NCBI GenBank assembly: GCA_048500275.1
Contig: JASNYI010000002.1
Coordinates: 144,784 to 208,783, forward strand
DNA length: 64,000 nucleotides
Source of the DNA: Thermoanaerobaculia bacterium
Lineage (GTDB): Bacteria > Acidobacteriota > Thermoanaerobaculia > UBA5066
Direction of reading: 5' to 3'
A model generated the notes under the pieces. That model did no database searches. It saw only the letters and a program-made list of their open reading frames with translations, and had not been told where the DNA came from. How positions within the stretch are numbered: the stretch's first letter is position 1; every line of letters begins with the position of its first letter. A program made the translations under genes and the position numbers. Positions 1 to 13,793 of this stretch are shown in pieces.

Positions 1-2071
1 GCCGGCCGCGCCGGTCGACGGCGCGCGCCTCGAGGACGTAGTCCCCCGGAGGGAGCCGCTCCCACCGGGGCGACCGGGCCGTGCGCGGACGAGAGAAGGT
101 CGTCTCGAGGGGTGCGAGCCGCCAGGAGAAGCGCACGCCCCGCGGGTCGGTGAAGTCGATCGCGGCGAGCTCGAACTCGGCGCCCCTGCCGTCCGGCGTT
201 CGCGCCGCACGCTCGACGGCGAGGATCGGCGGCGGCGGGGCGGGCTCGTCTGCCGAGGGGTCGTATCGGACGAGAGCCCCGACGAGGCCGAACCAGAGTC
301 GCCCCCGGGCGTCGAGGAGCGCGGAGCGGACGATTCCCTCCTGCGCGGGGAGGCCGTCGGCGAGGCCGTAGCCACGGCCCGGCCTTCCGTCGGGAGTCAC
401 GACGACGATCCCGCGGTCGGTCGACAGCCAGACGTTCCCCGCCGGGTCGCCGAGGAGGGCGTCGACCGAGTCGTCGGGCAGCCCGGCGGCGGAGTCGTAG
501 AAGCGGACCTCCCCGGTCCTTCCGAAGCGGACCGCGCCATGGATCGACGCGGCCCAGACGGCGCCATCGGCCGCGCGGGTGAGGTCCCAGGGAGGCTCGC
601 CCCGGAAGTGGGACGAGGTCAGCCCGATGAGCCGCGCCTTGCCGGTGACGGTGTCGAGCTCGTAGACGGCTCCGCGGGACGCGAAGAGCAGCCCGCCCGC
701 GGGGTCGGAAGCGATCGCGTCGACCGGCACCGTGCCGAGCGGCGGCGGGAGCGGCCGGACGAAGCTCCCCCCCCGAACGGCGAGAAGGCCGCCCGTCGTG
801 CCGAGCCACGACTCCTCCTCGGCGAGGGCGAGGCCGGTGACGGAGAGGCCGGCCGGTGCCGGCAGGACCCGAAACGGCGCTCCGTCGCGCTCGCGCCGGA
901 CGAGGCCTCCCGCGAAGGTCGCGTCGAGGCGCCCCCCGCGGGTGATCGTCAGGTCCCGGAAGCGGTCGGTGCGGGGGAGGCCCTGCGCCGGCCCGAATTG
1001 CTCGAATCGGCCGCCGGAGAGCCGGGCGAGCTCGCCGCGGGCCGTCGTGATCCAGAGGGTCCCGTCTGGCGCCTCGGCGATCCGGAGCGCGATCAGCTCG
1101 CGCAGCCCGGATTCGGGCCCCACGAAGGAGAATCGGGACGGGGCGAAGCGGTAGAGGCCCGAGCCGTCGCCCCCCATCCAGACGTCGCCGCCGCCGCCGT
1201 CGAGGAAGGAGACGACACGCAAGGCCGGAAGGCCGTCTTCGGGTCCGAGCTCTACTGAGCCGGCCGCGGAGTCGAGCCGGACGGCCCCGGCGGAGGTCCC
1301 GACCCAGATGCGCCTGCGGGCGTCGCAGAGGACCGCGGCGATCCTCTCCGCCGGCAGGGCAGCCTGCGCGATGCGCGCCGGACCGGACGGGGGGACCACG
1401 AGGAGCCCCTCTTCGGTCCCGCAGAAGAGCCCTCCTGAGGGAGTCGGGGCCAGGGCGGTCACCGCGGCCGTCACTCCCTCGACCCGCGCGGCGTGGTCCG
1501 CGCCCTCCGCGAGCCGGTAGAGGCCGTCGCGTGCGCCGATCCAGACCCCTCCGGCGTCGGCGGCGACGACGGTCGCTGGCGCGCGGCTCACTTTGCGGCG
1601 GCGGATCTCCCTTCCGGTCGCCTCGAAGCGGGAGAGGCCGCCTGGCCCCGCGGCCCAGACGGCGCCGTCCGGAGAGACTGTCAGGTCGGTGAACGCGTCC
1701 GGGGAGGCGACGACGAGCGAGCCCTCGCGCGTGCGCACCACGAGGCGCCCGACGGCGACCCAGAGGTTCCCGCGCGGGTCGACCGCGAGGTCGGACACGA
1801 CGCGGTCGGTCAGCCCGAACAGCTCGGCGGCCGGACGGAACTCGGCGCCGTCGAACCGCGCCAGACCGCCGTTTCGCGTTCCCACCCAGAGGAAGCCGCT
1901 CGCGTCGCGGGCGAGCGCGGTCACCTGCGACTGCGGCAGACCGTCCCGGTCGTCCCACCGCGCCACGCCGAGACGCTGTCCCATCGCGCTCGGGGCCGCG
2001 AGCGCGAAGACCACCGCCGCGAGGAGCGCTCGAACCCTCCGCGGGGCCGTAGAACGGCTCTTCTCGTTCAG
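1..2071 (-). CDS. Two-component-regulator beta-propeller + Y_Y_Y domain sensor protein (partial; C-terminus beyond window start)
   Basis: Not in the ORF track because it runs off the edge. Manual translation of the minus strand gives a signal-like stretch ([17 protein letters not shown]), then [33 protein letters not shown] propeller repeats, and [14 protein letters not shown] (Y_Y_Y) at nt ~58-2. Start codon uncertain (CTG 2071 or nearby). Confidence 0.85.
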   Translation of the reverse strand, partial: MNEKSRSTAPRRVRALLAAVVFALAAPSAMGQRLGVARWDDRDGLPQSQVTALARDASGFLWVGTRNGGLARFDGAEFRPAAELFGLTDRVVSDLAVDPRGNLWVAVGRLVVRTREGSLVVASPDAFTDLTVSPDGAVWAAGPGGLSRFEATGREIRRRKVSRAPATVVAADAGGVWIGARDGLYRLAEGADHAARVEGVTAAVTALAPTPSGGLFCGTEEGLLVVPPSGPARIAQAALPAERIAAVLCDARRRIWVGTSAGAVRLDSAAGSVELGPEDGLPALRVVSFLDGGGGDVWMGGDGSGLYRFAPSRFSFVGPESGLRELIALRIAEAPDGTLWITTARGELARLSGGRFEQFGPAQGLPRTDRFRDLTITRGGRLDATFAGGLVRRERDGAPFRVLPAPAGLSVTGLALAEEESWLGTTGGLLAVRGGSFVRPLPPPLGTVPVDAIASDPAGGLLFASRGAVYELDTVTGKARLIGLTSSHFRGEPPWDLTRAADGAVWAASIHGAVRFGRTGEVRFYDSAAGLPDDSVDALLGDPAGNVWLSTDRGIVVVTPDGRPGRGYGLADGLPAQEGIVRSALLDARGRLWFGLVGALVRYDPSADEPAPPPPILAVERAARTPDGRGAEFELAAIDFTDPRGVRFSWRLAPLETTFSRPRTARSPRWERLPPGDYVLEARAVDRRGR

Positions 2072-2144
2072 GGCGGGTAGAATTATGGCCGTTCGAAGAC
2101 GAACGTCCACTCACATTGAGCAACCCGATCTCAGGAGGATCCCG

Positions 2145-5153
<3,009 letters not shown>

Positions 5154-5213
5154 CCCGCGCGACCGGGGCCGGCGACGGCCCGCTCCCCCGGTCGGTCCGG
5201 AACGAATGAGACG

Positions 5214-5250
5214 CCCGCGGCGGTCGAGAGGCCGCCGCGGGCCTTCTTGT
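5214..5250 (+). terminator. Intrinsic terminator after ppdK
   Basis: 12-bp stem CCCGCGGCGGTC / GGCCGCCGCGGG (one G-U pair), GAGA tetraloop, followed by CCTTCTTGT. Confidence 0.7.
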
Positions 5251-5256
5251 CGGCGC

Positions 5257-5563
5257 GGGGGCCGCTGGAAAGCCTGTCGGATCGCTGGCCTCGTGACTGG
5301 CAGAAACCTTGCGAAGACTCCGGCAAGGAGGATTCGAATCGCCAGAGGCGAGCGAAGAGCAAGTAAACCCACGATGAAGAAGTCGACGGCGGGTCGAGGG
5401 CCCGGTACCGGTTCCCCGCCGGGTCAGGCCCACGAAGCCAGCTGGTGCTCGGGAAGATGGCCCGCCACGAGGAGCCGTACCCCGGCCAGCGGGCCCCCGG
5501 AAGCCCTCCCCGCCGTCGCACCCCGGGAGGCGGCGCCACCCCCGCGCCGCCTCCCGATTTTTC
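5257..5563 (+). ncRNA. Candidate structured non-coding RNA (family unassigned)
   Basis: No credible ORF. End pairing 5257-5268 with 5486-5498 and inner helix 5284-5295 with 5431-5442. Lies between two plus-strand terminator-like hairpins. Confidence 0.35.
5524..5563 (+). terminator. Intrinsic terminator (plus strand)
   Basis: 13-bp stem CGGGAGGCGGCGC / GCGCCGCCTCCCG followed by ATTTTTCT. Confidence 0.75.
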
Positions 5564-5613
5564 TCGGTCCGGAAGCGCAGGAGCGGATCCGGATGTCGGG
5601 GGCCGCCGTGTCC

Positions 5614-5653
5614 GGAAAGGAAAGCTCGCGGCGGCCGGCTGGCCGCCGCGAGC
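5614..5653 (-). terminator. Intrinsic terminator of the 5693-6649 gene
   Basis: 13-bp perfect stem GCTCGCGGCGGCC / GGCCGCCGCGAGC with a 4-nt loop, followed on the minus strand by TTTCCTTTCC. Confidence 0.75.
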
Positions 5654-5692
5654 CCTTCCCGGGGGTGGCAGGGACGGGGGGAACGAGGGGGG

Positions 5693-6649
5693 TCAGTCCG
5701 GGATCATGACGACGAGGTACCGGCTGTCGCGCCAGAAGGCGCCGTGGTCGGTCACCTGGAGCGTCGACATGTTCGGTCCGCCGGAGACGATCCGGTAGCT
5801 CTCCTCCGGATGCCCGGGAAGGACTTTCACCTTGTCCGCGGGCGCCGGGATCGCGAGCTGGGCCTCCACCGTCGTGTCGATCTCGCGGAAGACCCCGGGG
5901 TCGTATCTCCCCGTCTCCTGCCAGGCGCCGCCGAGGCCGAGGATCGAGCCCTTCTTCTCGACGAGGCCCTTGTCCTTCAGCACCTTCTTTCCGGCCACCG
6001 CGACGAAGGCCCTGTTGATCTCCTTCGTCTTCGCCTCGATGACGCCGTCCCTCTCCTGGATCAGCGTGTCCTTGGCGAGGAGGAAGCCCTCCTGCACCCG
6101 GACCTTCTCGTCGAGGTCGACGACCGTTTTCTGGAGGGTCGCGATCGTCGTGTCCTTCTCTTCCAGCGACCGCTTCAGCTCGTCCACGAGCTTCTGGAGG
6201 GAGGCCACTCTCTGGCCGCTCGCCCGCCGCTCCTTCTCGAGGCGCGCGAGCTTGCCGAGGTTCTCGCGGATGGCGGTCCGAATCGTCCCGAGCTCGTCGG
6301 CGAGGATCTCGCGCGTCGAGACCCGGGTCTGCCCTTCGCGGGTGACGTCGAGCGTCCGCTTCAGGATCTTGAGCTCCTGGCCGCGGATCTCCTCGAGCCC
6401 GGCCTGGACTTCCGCGATCGTCGCGGCGGCCTCCGCGTCGGCGGTCTCGGCCGCCTGCAGCTGCTGCGTGAGCCGGGCGTTCTCCTCGGTCAGGATCTGG
6501 TTGCGCTCGTCGAGAGCCTGGTTCGCGGAATCCGAACGGCTTCCCAGGTCCTTCCCGGAGCAGCCGCCGAGAGAGAGGACGACCGCGAGGAGCGGGGCGA
6601 GAGCGAGGGGAAGGGGGGAGCGTCTGTCGTCAGCTGATTTGATCCTCAT
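5693..6649 (-). CDS. Coiled-coil lipoprotein resembling the Cbp1-type (Bacteroidota) adhesin family
   Basis: AGGAGG RBS, ATG 6649, lipobox LSLGGC, long heptad coiled coil, C-terminal domain AFVAVAGKKVLKDKGLVEKKG...GHPEESY...FWRDSRYLVV. Family assignment from remembered similarity. Confidence 0.8.
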   Translation of the reverse strand: MRIKSADDRRSPLPLALAPLLAVVLSLGGCSGKDLGSRSDSANQALDERNQILTEENARLTQQLQAAETADAEAAATIAEVQAGLEEIRGQELKILKRTLDVTREGQTRVSTREILADELGTIRTAIRENLGKLARLEKERRASGQRVASLQKLVDELKRSLEEKDTTIATLQKTVVDLDEKVRVQEGFLLAKDTLIQERDGVIEAKTKEINRAFVAVAGKKVLKDKGLVEKKGSILGLGGAWQETGRYDPGVFREIDTTVEAQLAIPAPADKVKVLPGHPEESYRIVSGGPNMSTLQVTDHGAFWRDSRYLVVMIPD

Positions 6650-6674
6650 GGGGACCTCCTCGCGATCTCGCCTT

Positions 6675-6689
6675 TCAAGACGCGGGCCA
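6675..6689 (-). promoter_or_regulatory. Possible sigma-54 promoter (-24/-12) for the lipoprotein gene
   Basis: Minus strand TGGC-CCGCGTC-TTGA: correct N7 spacing but GA instead of GC at -12; 25 bp upstream of the ATG. Confidence 0.4.
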
Positions 6690-6797
6690 GGGGCCGGGGC
6701 GGAAAGTGCGACGGCCGGAAGACCAGCGACTCGAACGGCTTGCGCGCAGCGCGTCCGGCCCTCGCGCGGCCGGGCTCGCTCCGTGAGGGCCGGGTGA

Positions 6798-6812
6798 CGG
6801 AAAGACTTTCCG
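6798..6812. promoter_or_regulatory. Palindromic candidate enhancer (bEBP upstream activating sequence)
   Basis: Perfect inverted repeat CGGAAAG-A-CTTTCCG; further CGGAAAG half-sites at 6700-6706 and 6818-6824. Confidence 0.45.
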
Positions 6813-6931
6813 AGCGGCGGAAAGGAAGGCCCGTGCGTCTGCCCGCGCGGCCGGCCGGCGAACCGCCCCGGCGGTCCGGACGCCTCGCGGGAAGCACCCC
6901 TCCGGCTTGCTCGGGCTGATAACGTCGGGCC

Positions 6932-7530
6932 GTGCTCCCGCTGCCGCCGGCCCTCGCGGTCCTGCGCCACGCGCTGGCCGACCCGCTCTCCGCGGCGACG
7001 GCGAAGGTCGAGGTCCTCTCCGCCCGCCTTCGCCGGGAGCTTCCCGCGCTCGCGGCGAGGGCAGAGGACCTGGGCGCCGACCTCGCCACGGCCGGGCGTC
7101 TCCTCGACCTCCTCGCCGCCCTCGCCGACATCTCGGAGGAGTCGCCCGAGCCGACGCCGTTCAGGCGCCTCGTCGCCCCCTTCGGAGCGGTGACGGAGGC
7201 CGCGGCCGGGACGGCCGTCGTCCTGGTCCGCCCGGCGTCGGCCGCGGACGCGATCCGTCGCGTCGTCGCGTATGGCACCTTGCGGGGAGGCGCCCCATCC
7301 GTCGTGGCGCGGAGCGGGGCCGGCGACGTCGAGGTCGTCGTCGAGGGGCTCGGACCTGCGCCCGAGGTGCCCCTCGACCGGCTCCTGGTCCTCCCGAGAG
7401 AGGTGCCGGAGGCCGACGAGCTCTTCGTCGCTCACGCGGCGGCCTTGGCCGACGGAGGCTCGCTGAGGCTCTCGGCGCGGGACGCCTTCCTCGAAGCGGT
7501 CCTCTCCTGGCCCGCCCCGGTTGAGACGCC

Positions 7531-7534
<4 letters not shown>
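6932..7534 (+). CDS. Degenerate histidine-kinase-like protein (DHp + ATP-binding-defective CA domain); ChpT-like phosphotransferase candidate
   Basis: H-box-like LRHALADPLSA is retained; segments in the N, G1 and G2 box positions lack the conserved Asn/Asp/Gly. Its stop overlaps the ATG of the response regulator. Confidence 0.6.
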
Positions 7535-8887
<1,353 letters not shown>

Positions 8888-8910
<23 letters not shown>

Positions 8911-10690
8911 CGGCAGCGAGGAGCTCGGAGACCTTCCCCGCGGCGACCGGCTTGACGAGGTGGTGGTCGATTCCGGCGGCGAGGGCGCGGGCGCGCTCCT
9001 CGCGGCCCGCCCAGCCCGAGAGGGCGACGAGCAGGGTTCCCTCGAGCGCGGCCTCGGCCCTGAGGCGGCGCGCGACCTCGTAGCCGTCGAACCCGGGAAG
9101 GCCGAGGTCGAGGACGACCGCGTCGGGCCGGAGGCGCAGTGCGGCCTCGACGCCCGAGGGGCCGTCCGCTTCGACGTGGACCTCGTGTCCGAAGAGGGCC
9201 AGCGCCTCGGCGAGGGCGCGGGCGCCGTCGACGTTGTCCTCGACGACGAGCACGTGGCGCGGTGTCACCTCCGGCGCGGGCTCGTCCCGGCCGGCCGGAG
9301 CGGGCCGCGGCGCCGTCGCCCGCGGGAGGCGGAGCGTGAAGGTGCTCCCTCGCCCCGGACCCGGGCTCGAGGCCGCCAGGCTCCCGCCGTGAAGCTGCGC
9401 GAGACGTCGGGAGAGGGCCAGTCCGACTCCCAGGCCCTCGTCGGAGCCGGATCTCCCGGCTCCCTGTTCGAACATGCCGAAGACCCTCTCGAGGTCCTCG
9501 GGCGCCAGCCCGATCCCGTCGTCGGTCACCCGGACGACGGCCTCCACCTCGTCGGCGGCGACCGCGAGCTCGATCCGCCCGCCCTCGGGCGCGTACCTCG
9601 ACGCGTTCGTGAGGAGGTTCGTGAGGACCTGCGCGAGGCGGACCGGGTCTCCCTCCACGAGGATTCCCTCCTCGGGCAGACGCACAGAGAGCGCGCTCCG
9701 CCTCGCGTCGAGCACGGGGCGGGTCGCCTCCAGGGCCGCCTCGACGACGTCGGTCAGAGCCACGGCCTCCTTGCGCAGGACGACCCTGTTGCTCGTCACC
9801 CGAGAGAGGTCGAGCAGGTCGTCGACGAGCCGCGTCAGGTGCGAGAGCTGGCGCGCCAGGATCGACCGGGACAGGGCGCGCCGCCCGGGGGTCCTCTCGT
9901 CCGGGGCGGCCTCGGTCGCGCCGAGCAGGTCCACGGCGTTCCTCATCGCCGCGAGAGGGTTTCGGAGCTCGTGCGCGAGCGAGGCGAGAAACTCGTCCTT
10001 CCGCCGGTCGGCTTCGCGCAGCGATTCGTTCGCCTTCTCGAGCGCGGCGGCGGTCTCGGCGTCGGCCTCGAGCCCCCGGCGCAGGAGGAGGAACGCCACG
10101 ACGACGAGGCAGAGGCCGAGGAGCGTCGAGACGATCGCGGAGAAGACGGCCGTGAACCGCCGGCGGGCCGCCCGCACCTCCCGGGAAGAGAGGACCCGGC
10201 GCTCCGCGTCCTCGACCGCGTTCAGGGCCTCGCGTGTCGACGGCACTTCGGAGGCCCCGGAAGGCCCGGGCGGAACGAGGTCCGCCGTGCCGGTCGGTCC
10301 CGATCCCGCCCGCCGCGCTTCCTCGGTCAGCGCTGCCAGCTCGCGCCTCGCCGCCAGCCCCAGTCCGGCGAGCCGTTCCACCTGCGCCGGAGCGTCGTGC
10401 AAGAGGTCGCCGAGACGGTCGAGCCGGACCCCGAGGACGGTCCTGGCCGCCTCGAGCGCCGCGAGGGAGCTCCGGCCCTCCGTCAGGAGATACGTGCGCT
10501 GGGCCGCCTCGGCGTTCCTCAGCGTCCCGTCGAGGCGCGCCAGCTCCGAGAGGACCTGGTGCGAACGGGTCACGTCGCGCTGCACGGCGACGAGGCCGTG
10601 GAGGTTGCCGAACGTCAGGACGGCGTTGGCCGCGAGTGCCGCGACCGCGACGCCGAGGACCGCCCGCTCCTTGCCTGCGAGAACGCTCAC
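8888..10690 (-). CDS. Hybrid sensor histidine kinase (TM-CHASE3-like-TM-HisKA-HATPase-REC)
   Basis: FLASLAHELRNPL, QVLTNLLTNASRY, DDGIG, GLGVGL, C-terminal REC (VVEDNVD, DLGLPGFDG). GTG 10690 is the likely start. Confidence 0.92.
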
Positions 10691-10725
10691 GGAAAGATCT
10701 TCTCGCGAGACGGAGGATTTTTCCG
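10690..10725. promoter_or_regulatory. Tandem candidate enhancer sites upstream of the sigma-54 promoter at 10789
   Basis: CGGAAAGATCTTCTC (10690-10704) and CGGAGGATTTTTCCG (10711-10725), 21 bp apart, resembling the 6798 palindrome. Confidence 0.4.
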
Positions 10726-10788
10726 GGGATCTCCCGCCCGCGTGGCGGCGGAAGACCGTGGAAAGGCCACCGCGAGCGCCACCGGGGC

Positions 10789-10804
10789 TGGCCGACGCCT
10801 TGCT
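10789..10804 (+). promoter_or_regulatory. Sigma-54 promoter (-24/-12)
   Basis: TGGC-CGACGCC-TTGCT with exact N7 spacing, upstream of the 10879 gene and next to a bEBP gene. Confidence 0.65.
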
Positions 10805-10878
10805 AATCCCTGCGCGGACCGGCGGTGGCCGGAGGCCCGGCAGCGGGGATCGACCGCCGGGATCGCAGGAGGTTCGAA

Positions 10879-11385
10879 ATGGGTTCGATCGACGCCCGGA
10901 ACGAGAGCCCGACACCCCTCGAAGCCGGGGCCCTGCTCGCCCTCCTCAGGTCGGAGCTGTCGGCGTGCGCGGCGTACCGCGTGGTCGTCCACGCGGTCGA
11001 GCGGGGCGAGGAATTCCCGGCGGTCTCCCTTCGGTGCCTCCTCAGGAGCCACCGGCGGTTCGCGGCCGAGCTGCGCGACGTGCTCCAGCGCCGGTCGGTG
11101 GATCCCTCCGGGATCGAAGGCGTGGCCGACGAGTGGACCGAGGTGCACGACGGGATCGCCGGTCTCCCGGGCCGGACGGACGGACCCTCGATCTTCCGCG
11201 CCCTCCGGGCAGGGGAGCGGGCGGCGCTCGCGAAGGCCCGGGCCGCGATCGAGGTCGTCGACGAACCCTCCGCCGCGTTCGTGCAACACCGGTTCGTCCC
11301 GGGCCTCGAAGAGCACCTCGAGCTGCTCGAGACGCTGGCGGGGTTCCAGGACTGGCTCGCGCGCCCCGAGCCGCAGCTCGCCTGA
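10879..11385 (+). CDS. Ferritin-like four-helix protein (DUF2383/PA2169-like)
   Basis: AGGAGG 10867-10872, ATG 10879. LLRSELSACAAY...HRRFAAELRDVLQRR...ALRAGERAALA helix pattern. Confidence 0.7.
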   Translation: MGSIDARNESPTPLEAGALLALLRSELSACAAYRVVVHAVERGEEFPAVSLRCLLRSHRRFAAELRDVLQRRSVDPSGIEGVADEWTEVHDGIAGLPGRTDGPSIFRALRAGERAALAKARAAIEVVDEPSAAFVQHRFVPGLEEHLELLETLAGFQDWLARPEPQLA

Positions 11386-11425
11386 CGGTCGCCGTCCTCG
11401 CTCCCCGTGCCGTACGGGAACCGGC

Positions 11426-11779
11426 CTACCTCCGTGGACGGGGTTCCGGCGCGCGCGAGATCGACAGGGATCGCCTGCCGTCGACGGCGCGAGCCTCGAC
11501 GACGCGGACCCTCGTGCCGACGTCGAGGCCCCCGGCGACCCTCGTCTCGCAGTCCCTCTCGTCGAGCCGGAAGGTGACCTCCCGCCCGTCGTCCGTCGCG
11601 ACCGAGAGAGCCTGCCCGGCCGTGTGCTCCGTGACGCGTCCCTCGAGCACCTTCTCGACTCTCTGCCGGGCGGGAGGACCCTGGGGTGGGACACCGGGCG
11701 CCGGGGCGGCCGCGAGGCCGATTCCGATCGCCAGGGCCGCGACGGGGAGGATCGAGGGGGGCGATGCGAAGCGTCTCAT
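11426..11779 (-). CDS. Small exported protein, possible OB-fold (DUF5666-like)
   Basis: GGAGGTG RBS, signal peptide (VAALAIGIGLAAAPA), beta-rich LEGRVTEHTAG...VTFRLD...LDVGTRVRV. Confidence 0.65.
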   Translation of the reverse strand: MRRFASPPSILPVAALAIGIGLAAAPAPGVPPQGPPARQRVEKVLEGRVTEHTAGQALSVATDDGREVTFRLDERDCETRVAGGLDVGTRVRVVEARAVDGRRSLSISRAPEPRPRR

Positions 11780-11852
11780 CGGGGCACCTCCCGCGGACCG
11801 TCGCCGGCGCACGGGGCTGCCCGATGCGCCGCGGCTGCGGCTGCGGAGAGAT

Positions 11853-11868
11853 AGCAAGCGGTGTGCCC
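11853..11868 (-). promoter_or_regulatory. Sigma-54 promoter (-24/-12)
   Basis: Minus strand GGGCAC-ACCGC-TTGCT versus consensus TGGCAC-N5-TTGCW; upstream of the 11779 start. Confidence 0.7.
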
Positions 11869-11929
11869 GGGGAGCGGCAGCGAGGACCACTCCGGCGGCC
11901 GGTGAGAGCGGCCGCTTCTTTCGCCGCCG

Positions 11930-12856
11930 TCAGGCCGGTTTCCCGGGCGAGCCGGGATCGTGCCAGGCGACCGGGTCCTCGATCGGCTCGAGGTGTGTCA
12001 GGACGGACGCGCGCGGCAGGATCGCCCTCACCTCCCGCTCGAGTTCCTCGCAGAGGTCGTGTCCGCGCTGGACGGTCCAGTCGCCGGGGACGAGGACGTG
12101 CATGTCGACGAACCGGACCGGGCCGGACTGCCGCGTCCTCACCGCGTGGAGGGCGATGCCCTGCGCCCGGTAGCGGGCGAGAAGGGCCCCGAGCGAGGCC
12201 TGCTCCCCTTCCGGGATCGTCCTGTCGAGGAGGCCCTGCGCCGTCTCGACGAGAATCCTCCCCGCCATCCAGACGATGTTCGTCGCCACGCCGAGGGCGA
12301 CGATCGGGTCGAGGATGTGCCAGCCCGTCAGCTCGACGAGGGCGACGCCCGCGAGGACGCCGGCCGACGTCCAGACGTCGGTCATCAGGTGGTGGGCGTC
12401 GGAGCGGAGCGCGATCGAGTCGAGCCGCCGGCCGGCCCGGAAGAGGACGAAGGCGACGCCGCCGTTGACCGCGGCGGCCGCCGTCGAGACGCCGATGCCG
12501 AGCCAGGCCTGCTCGATGGGGCGCGGGTCTGCGATCCGCTCCCAGGCGGTGACCGCGATGGCGACGGAGGCGCCGAGGATCGCGAGCCCCTCGAACGCCG
12601 ATGCGAGGTACTCCGCCTTCGCGTGGCCGAACTGGTGGTCCGCGTCGGGGGGCTCGGCGGCCACGCGCAGCGCCCAAAGGGCGACGACGGCGGCGAGGAG
12701 GTTGACGACCGACTCGACGGCGTCGGAGAGGAGGCCGACGGAGCCGGTGAGGTGCCACGCGACGGTCTTCAGGGCGATCGTGGCGAGCGCCGCACCGATG
12801 GAGAGGATCGCGTAGCGCTGGGCGCCGCCGCCGGGAGCGTGCGGGTGACCGCTCAC
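11930..12856 (-). CDS. Cation diffusion facilitator family transporter (FieF-like)
   Basis: SVGLLSDAVES, PPDADHQFGHAKAEY, DAHHLMTDVWTS, C-terminal HLEP. Confidence 0.93.
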   Translation of the reverse strand: MSGHPHAPGGGAQRYAILSIGAALATIALKTVAWHLTGSVGLLSDAVESVVNLLAAVVALWALRVAAEPPDADHQFGHAKAEYLASAFEGLAILGASVAIAVTAWERIADPRPIEQAWLGIGVSTAAAAVNGGVAFVLFRAGRRLDSIALRSDAHHLMTDVWTSAGVLAGVALVELTGWHILDPIVALGVATNIVWMAGRILVETAQGLLDRTIPEGEQASLGALLARYRAQGIALHAVRTRQSGPVRFVDMHVLVPGDWTVQRGHDLCEELEREVRAILPRASVLTHLEPIEDPVAWHDPGSPGKPA

Positions 12857-13731
12857 GCCGGAAGCCTACGCCTTTCGCGGGGTCTGAGAACGATCAGCCC
12901 CACGCCCGCGAGGAGGATCGCTGCGCCGAGGAGGAACGGCGGGCGGAGCGTCGCCCCCTCGAAGAGCCAGGCCCAGAGGTTCGCGAGGGGCGGGTTGAGG
13001 AAGATGAAAGCGGCGGCCTCGCCCGCCGGGAGCCGCTTGAGCGCCCAGAGGAACGACACCCAGGCGAGGAGCGTGCAGGGGATCGCGAGGTAGAGGGCCG
13101 AGCCGAGCGCTGCCGGGACGTCGAGAAGGACCCGGGTCGTGGACGGCCGCGCGAAGGCGAGGAGCGGCAGGCTGCCCACGAAGAGGAGGGCGTACGACGT
13201 GTCGACGGGGTCTGCCCCCTCCGGGAGCTTCCGGCCGATGACCGTGTAGAACGCCCAGGAGAGCGGGGCCAGGGCGAGAAGGAGGGCGCTCGACAGGTAG
13301 GGCCAGTCGACGGCCTTGTCGGTGCCGAACCGGATGACGACGAAGACGCCGGTCATCGCGAGGACGAGGCCCGCCTGGTGGCGCCTGCCGAAGGGCTCGC
13401 CGAGGACGATCCGGGCGAGGACGGCCGTGAAGACGGGGTTGAGGGCGATGATGAGCGCGGCCGTCCCGGTCGGGACGGTCTTCAGCCCGTGGAAGAAGAA
13501 GACGTTGTAGACGGGGACGCTCAGGAGTCCCATCGCGACGACCTTCGGCCACGCCTCGCGGGGGAGCCGGATCGGCCGCCGGAAGAGGAGGAACGCCCCG
13601 GCGCCGAGGAAGACCGGGACGAACCGCGCGGCCAGCGCCTCGGTGAGCCCCAGGTGCTCCCTGAGGACCGCGGCCGCAAGGAACGAGAACGACCACGTCA
13701 GGATCGTCAGGACGAGGACGAGGTGCGCCAA
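12853..13731 (-). CDS. DMT/EamA family transporter
   Basis: About 10 TM helices in two EamA repeats (LTWSFSF, TAALIIALNPVFTAVLA, LNPPLA). Start estimated at TTG 13731. Confidence 0.85.
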   Translation of the reverse strand: MAHLVLVLTILTWSFSFLAAAVLREHLGLTEALAARFVPVFLGAGAFLLFRRPIRLPREAWPKVVAMGLLSVPVYNVFFFHGLKTVPTGTAALIIALNPVFTAVLARIVLGEPFGRRHQAGLVLAMTGVFVVIRFGTDKAVDWPYLSSALLLALAPLSWAFYTVIGRKLPEGADPVDTSYALLFVGSLPLLAFARPSTTRVLLDVPAALGSALYLAIPCTLLAWVSFLWALKRLPAGEAAAFIFLNPPLANLWAWLFEGATLRPPFLLGAAILLAGVGLIVLRPRERRRLPA

Positions 13732-13793
13732 AGGCTGAGAAGTATGGCACGCGCGAACGACCGGCGGGTCGCGCTTCCTTCGCTGAACTCCCG

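Noticed and set aside
81-2080. Plus-strand ORFs 81-371, 539-1258, 732-1154, 1308-1520, 1493-2080 and the 1593-2144 N-terminal extension of ppdK
   Set aside because: They are antisense shadows of the minus-strand propeller gene; ppdK has a clear RBS and ATG at 2145.
5325-5345. GGATTCGAATC resembling a tRNA T-loop or tmRNA 5' motif; GTCAGG...AAGCCAGC (5423-5442) resembling SRP helix 8
   Set aside because: No T-stem closure, cloverleaf or CCA end, no tmRNA tag frame, and the SRP GNRA loop and closing pairs are missing. Retained only as an unassigned ncRNA candidate.
5206-5798. Small ORFs 5206-5709 and 5445-5798
   Set aside because: Low-complexity Arg/Pro translations with no RBS-start pairing; both run through strong terminator hairpins.
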